From Burkholderiales bacterium (GTDB taxonomy: Bacteria; Pseudomonadota; Gammaproteobacteria; Burkholderiales; Burkholderiaceae_C), in assembly GCA_016213205.1 (NCBI GenBank), contig JACRAZ010000064.1, forward strand, positions 1-32,000: a DNA stretch of 32,000 nucleotides. The letters run 5' to 3'. This document shows positions 30,977 through 32,000 of the stretch, piece after piece. The first letter of the stretch is position 1; each line of letters starts with the position of its first letter. The position numbers and the translations under genes were made by a program. The notes beneath the pieces are model-generated. The model searched no databases. It was not told the DNA's origin and saw only the letters and a program-made list of their open reading frames with translations.

Positions 30977-32000
30977 TCACCACTTCGGGATCGTGGGCAC
31001 GGGGGCATCGGCCGCCACACGCACGACCTTGCCGTCCTTCATCGTGGCGATGTTCACCTTGGCTGTGCCGGTCGGGAACGGATTCTCGGAATTGAAGTCG
31101 ACACCCGGCAGCAGGCCCATGAGCTGGGCCGCCGTGAAGTCGGTCGCCAGCAGGGCCGCGTGGACGTTCTCGCCGGTGGTGCCGGCAGCGCCCTTGGCCT
31201 TGACGGCTGCCTCGACGGCGCGAACGCCGACCACGGCCTGCCCCAGGCCAAGCATGGTCATCGCGTTCCAGCCGGACTTGAGGCCGTACTTGGTCTGCAG
31301 CATGGTGTAGAACCTGCGTGCCGGCGTGTCGTCTTCGCTGGCGTCGGCGATCGCGCCGACCTCGTAGTCGCCGGCGAAGCCGTTGGGGTTGCCCAGCGCC
31401 TTGGAGGAGCCCAACACGCCGTTGTGCAGCGACAGCATGATCGGGATGTTCTTGCCCAGCGCCTGCAGCGCGCGCTTGGTGGCCACGGCCTGCGCGGTGT
31501 TGGTCTGGATCACGATCACGTCGGTACCGGCGTTGGCCAGGCGGCGCACCTGCAGCGTCAGGTCGGCGGGCTGCACCTCGGTCCAGATGGCTTCGACGAA
31601 GGTTGCCTTGTCGGGATGGGCTTTGGCATAGGCCTGCAAGCCCTTGGCCATGTCGGCATAGGCGGGGGAGGCTTCCGAGGTGATGATGGCCACCTTCACC
31701 GCGCGCTTGCCCTCGAGCTTGGTGCTGCGGAACCACTCGAGGAAGCCGGCCGCCTCGTGCGGGTAGGTCGGGCGCACATTTAGCGCCCACTGCCCGGGCT
31801 TCCAGCCGAAACCGTAGGCGGCGGTGCCGAGCAGCATCGGCACCTTGTCCTCGGGCAAGCGCTGCTGCAGCGCCGCAGCGTCGGGGCCGCCCAGGCCGAA
31901 CACCATCGCCGGCTTCAGTTCGGCCTTGATGCCGGGCCACAGGCTCGCGGTCTGGGCCACGTCGTAGCGCGTGTCGTAGGTCTTGACGTTGATTCGCACA
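30977..32000 (-). CDS. Second LivK-type periplasmic substrate-binding protein. 5' end truncated by the window edge.
   Basis: 340 aa are visible with no signal peptide, and the ORF runs off the window. Its composition resembles Peripla_BP_6-type binding proteins, and it sits directly upstream of the LivF-like ATPase. Family assignment is by context and overall similarity only. Confidence 0.75.
   Translation of the reverse strand, partial: VRINVKTYDTRYDVAQTASLWPGIKAELKPAMVFGLGGPDAAALQQRLPEDKVPMLLGTAAYGFGWKPGQWALNVRPTYPHEAAGFLEWFRSTKLEGKRAVKVAIITSEASPAYADMAKGLQAYAKAHPDKATFVEAIWTEVQPADLTLQVRRLANAGTDVIVIQTNTAQAVATKRALQALGKNIPIMLSLHNGVLGSSKALGNPNGFAGDYEVGAIADASEDDTPARRFYTMLQTKYGLKSGWNAMTMLGLGQAVVGVRAVEAAVKAKGAAGTTGENVHAALLATDFTAAQLMGLLPGVDFNSENPFPTGTAKVNIATMKDGKVVRVAADAPVPTIPKW

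Noticed and set aside
26614-31783. Plus-strand ORFs 26614..28995 (793 aa), 28923..30128, 29830..31095 and 30647..31783
   Set aside because: They are antisense to the acyl-CoA ligase, SDR, CoA-transferase, ABC ATPase and binding-protein genes, all of which have clear family motifs. These are shadow ORFs.

Overview
Very GC-rich bacterial window. Gene content looks betaproteobacterial or Burkholderiales-like, but that is inference only. Three blocks are visible.

(1) 510-15,364, entirely on the minus strand: a ~15 kb co-directional cluster built around a copper membrane monooxygenase operon of the pmoCAB/amoCAB family (generic name xmoCAB). In transcription order it runs:
- aldehyde dehydrogenase
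- FadL/TodX-like outer-membrane channel
- small periplasmic His/Met protein
- CopC
- CopD fused to a cytochrome c and a degenerate Sco/thioredoxin-like domain
- large AlkS/MalT-type LuxR regulator
- xmoC, xmoA, xmoB
- a membrane-anchored periplasmic protein in the pmoD/amoD position
- a PQQ + heme c quinohemoprotein alcohol dehydrogenase

A divergent AraC regulator flanks the cluster. The content reads as a self-contained hydrocarbon -> alcohol -> aldehyde -> acid module with its own copper supply. It more likely acts on short-chain alkanes than on methane or ammonia. This is the main finding. Alkane-oxidising CuMMOs in Comamonadaceae have, to my recollection, been reported (Rochman et al., ISME J 2020). 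Novelty therefore needs a phylogeny I cannot run.

(2) 16,743-24,787 (+): a three-gene phosphorelay / c-di-GMP operon. It encodes REC-REC-PAS-HK, REC-GGDEF, and a 1,716-aa CHASE-5xPAS-HK-REC-REC-HPt hybrid kinase.

(3) 24,781-32,000 (-): an acyl-CoA handling module bracketed by LivK-type binding proteins. It contains a family III CoA-transferase/racemase, an SDR, an acyl-CoA ligase and a MaoC hydratase.

The extreme left edge carries five contiguous 23-bp direct repeats that may be a transposon end or iterons. Most other ORFs in the six-frame track are antisense shadow ORFs typical of high-GC DNA. No rRNA, tRNA or CRISPR array was recognised.
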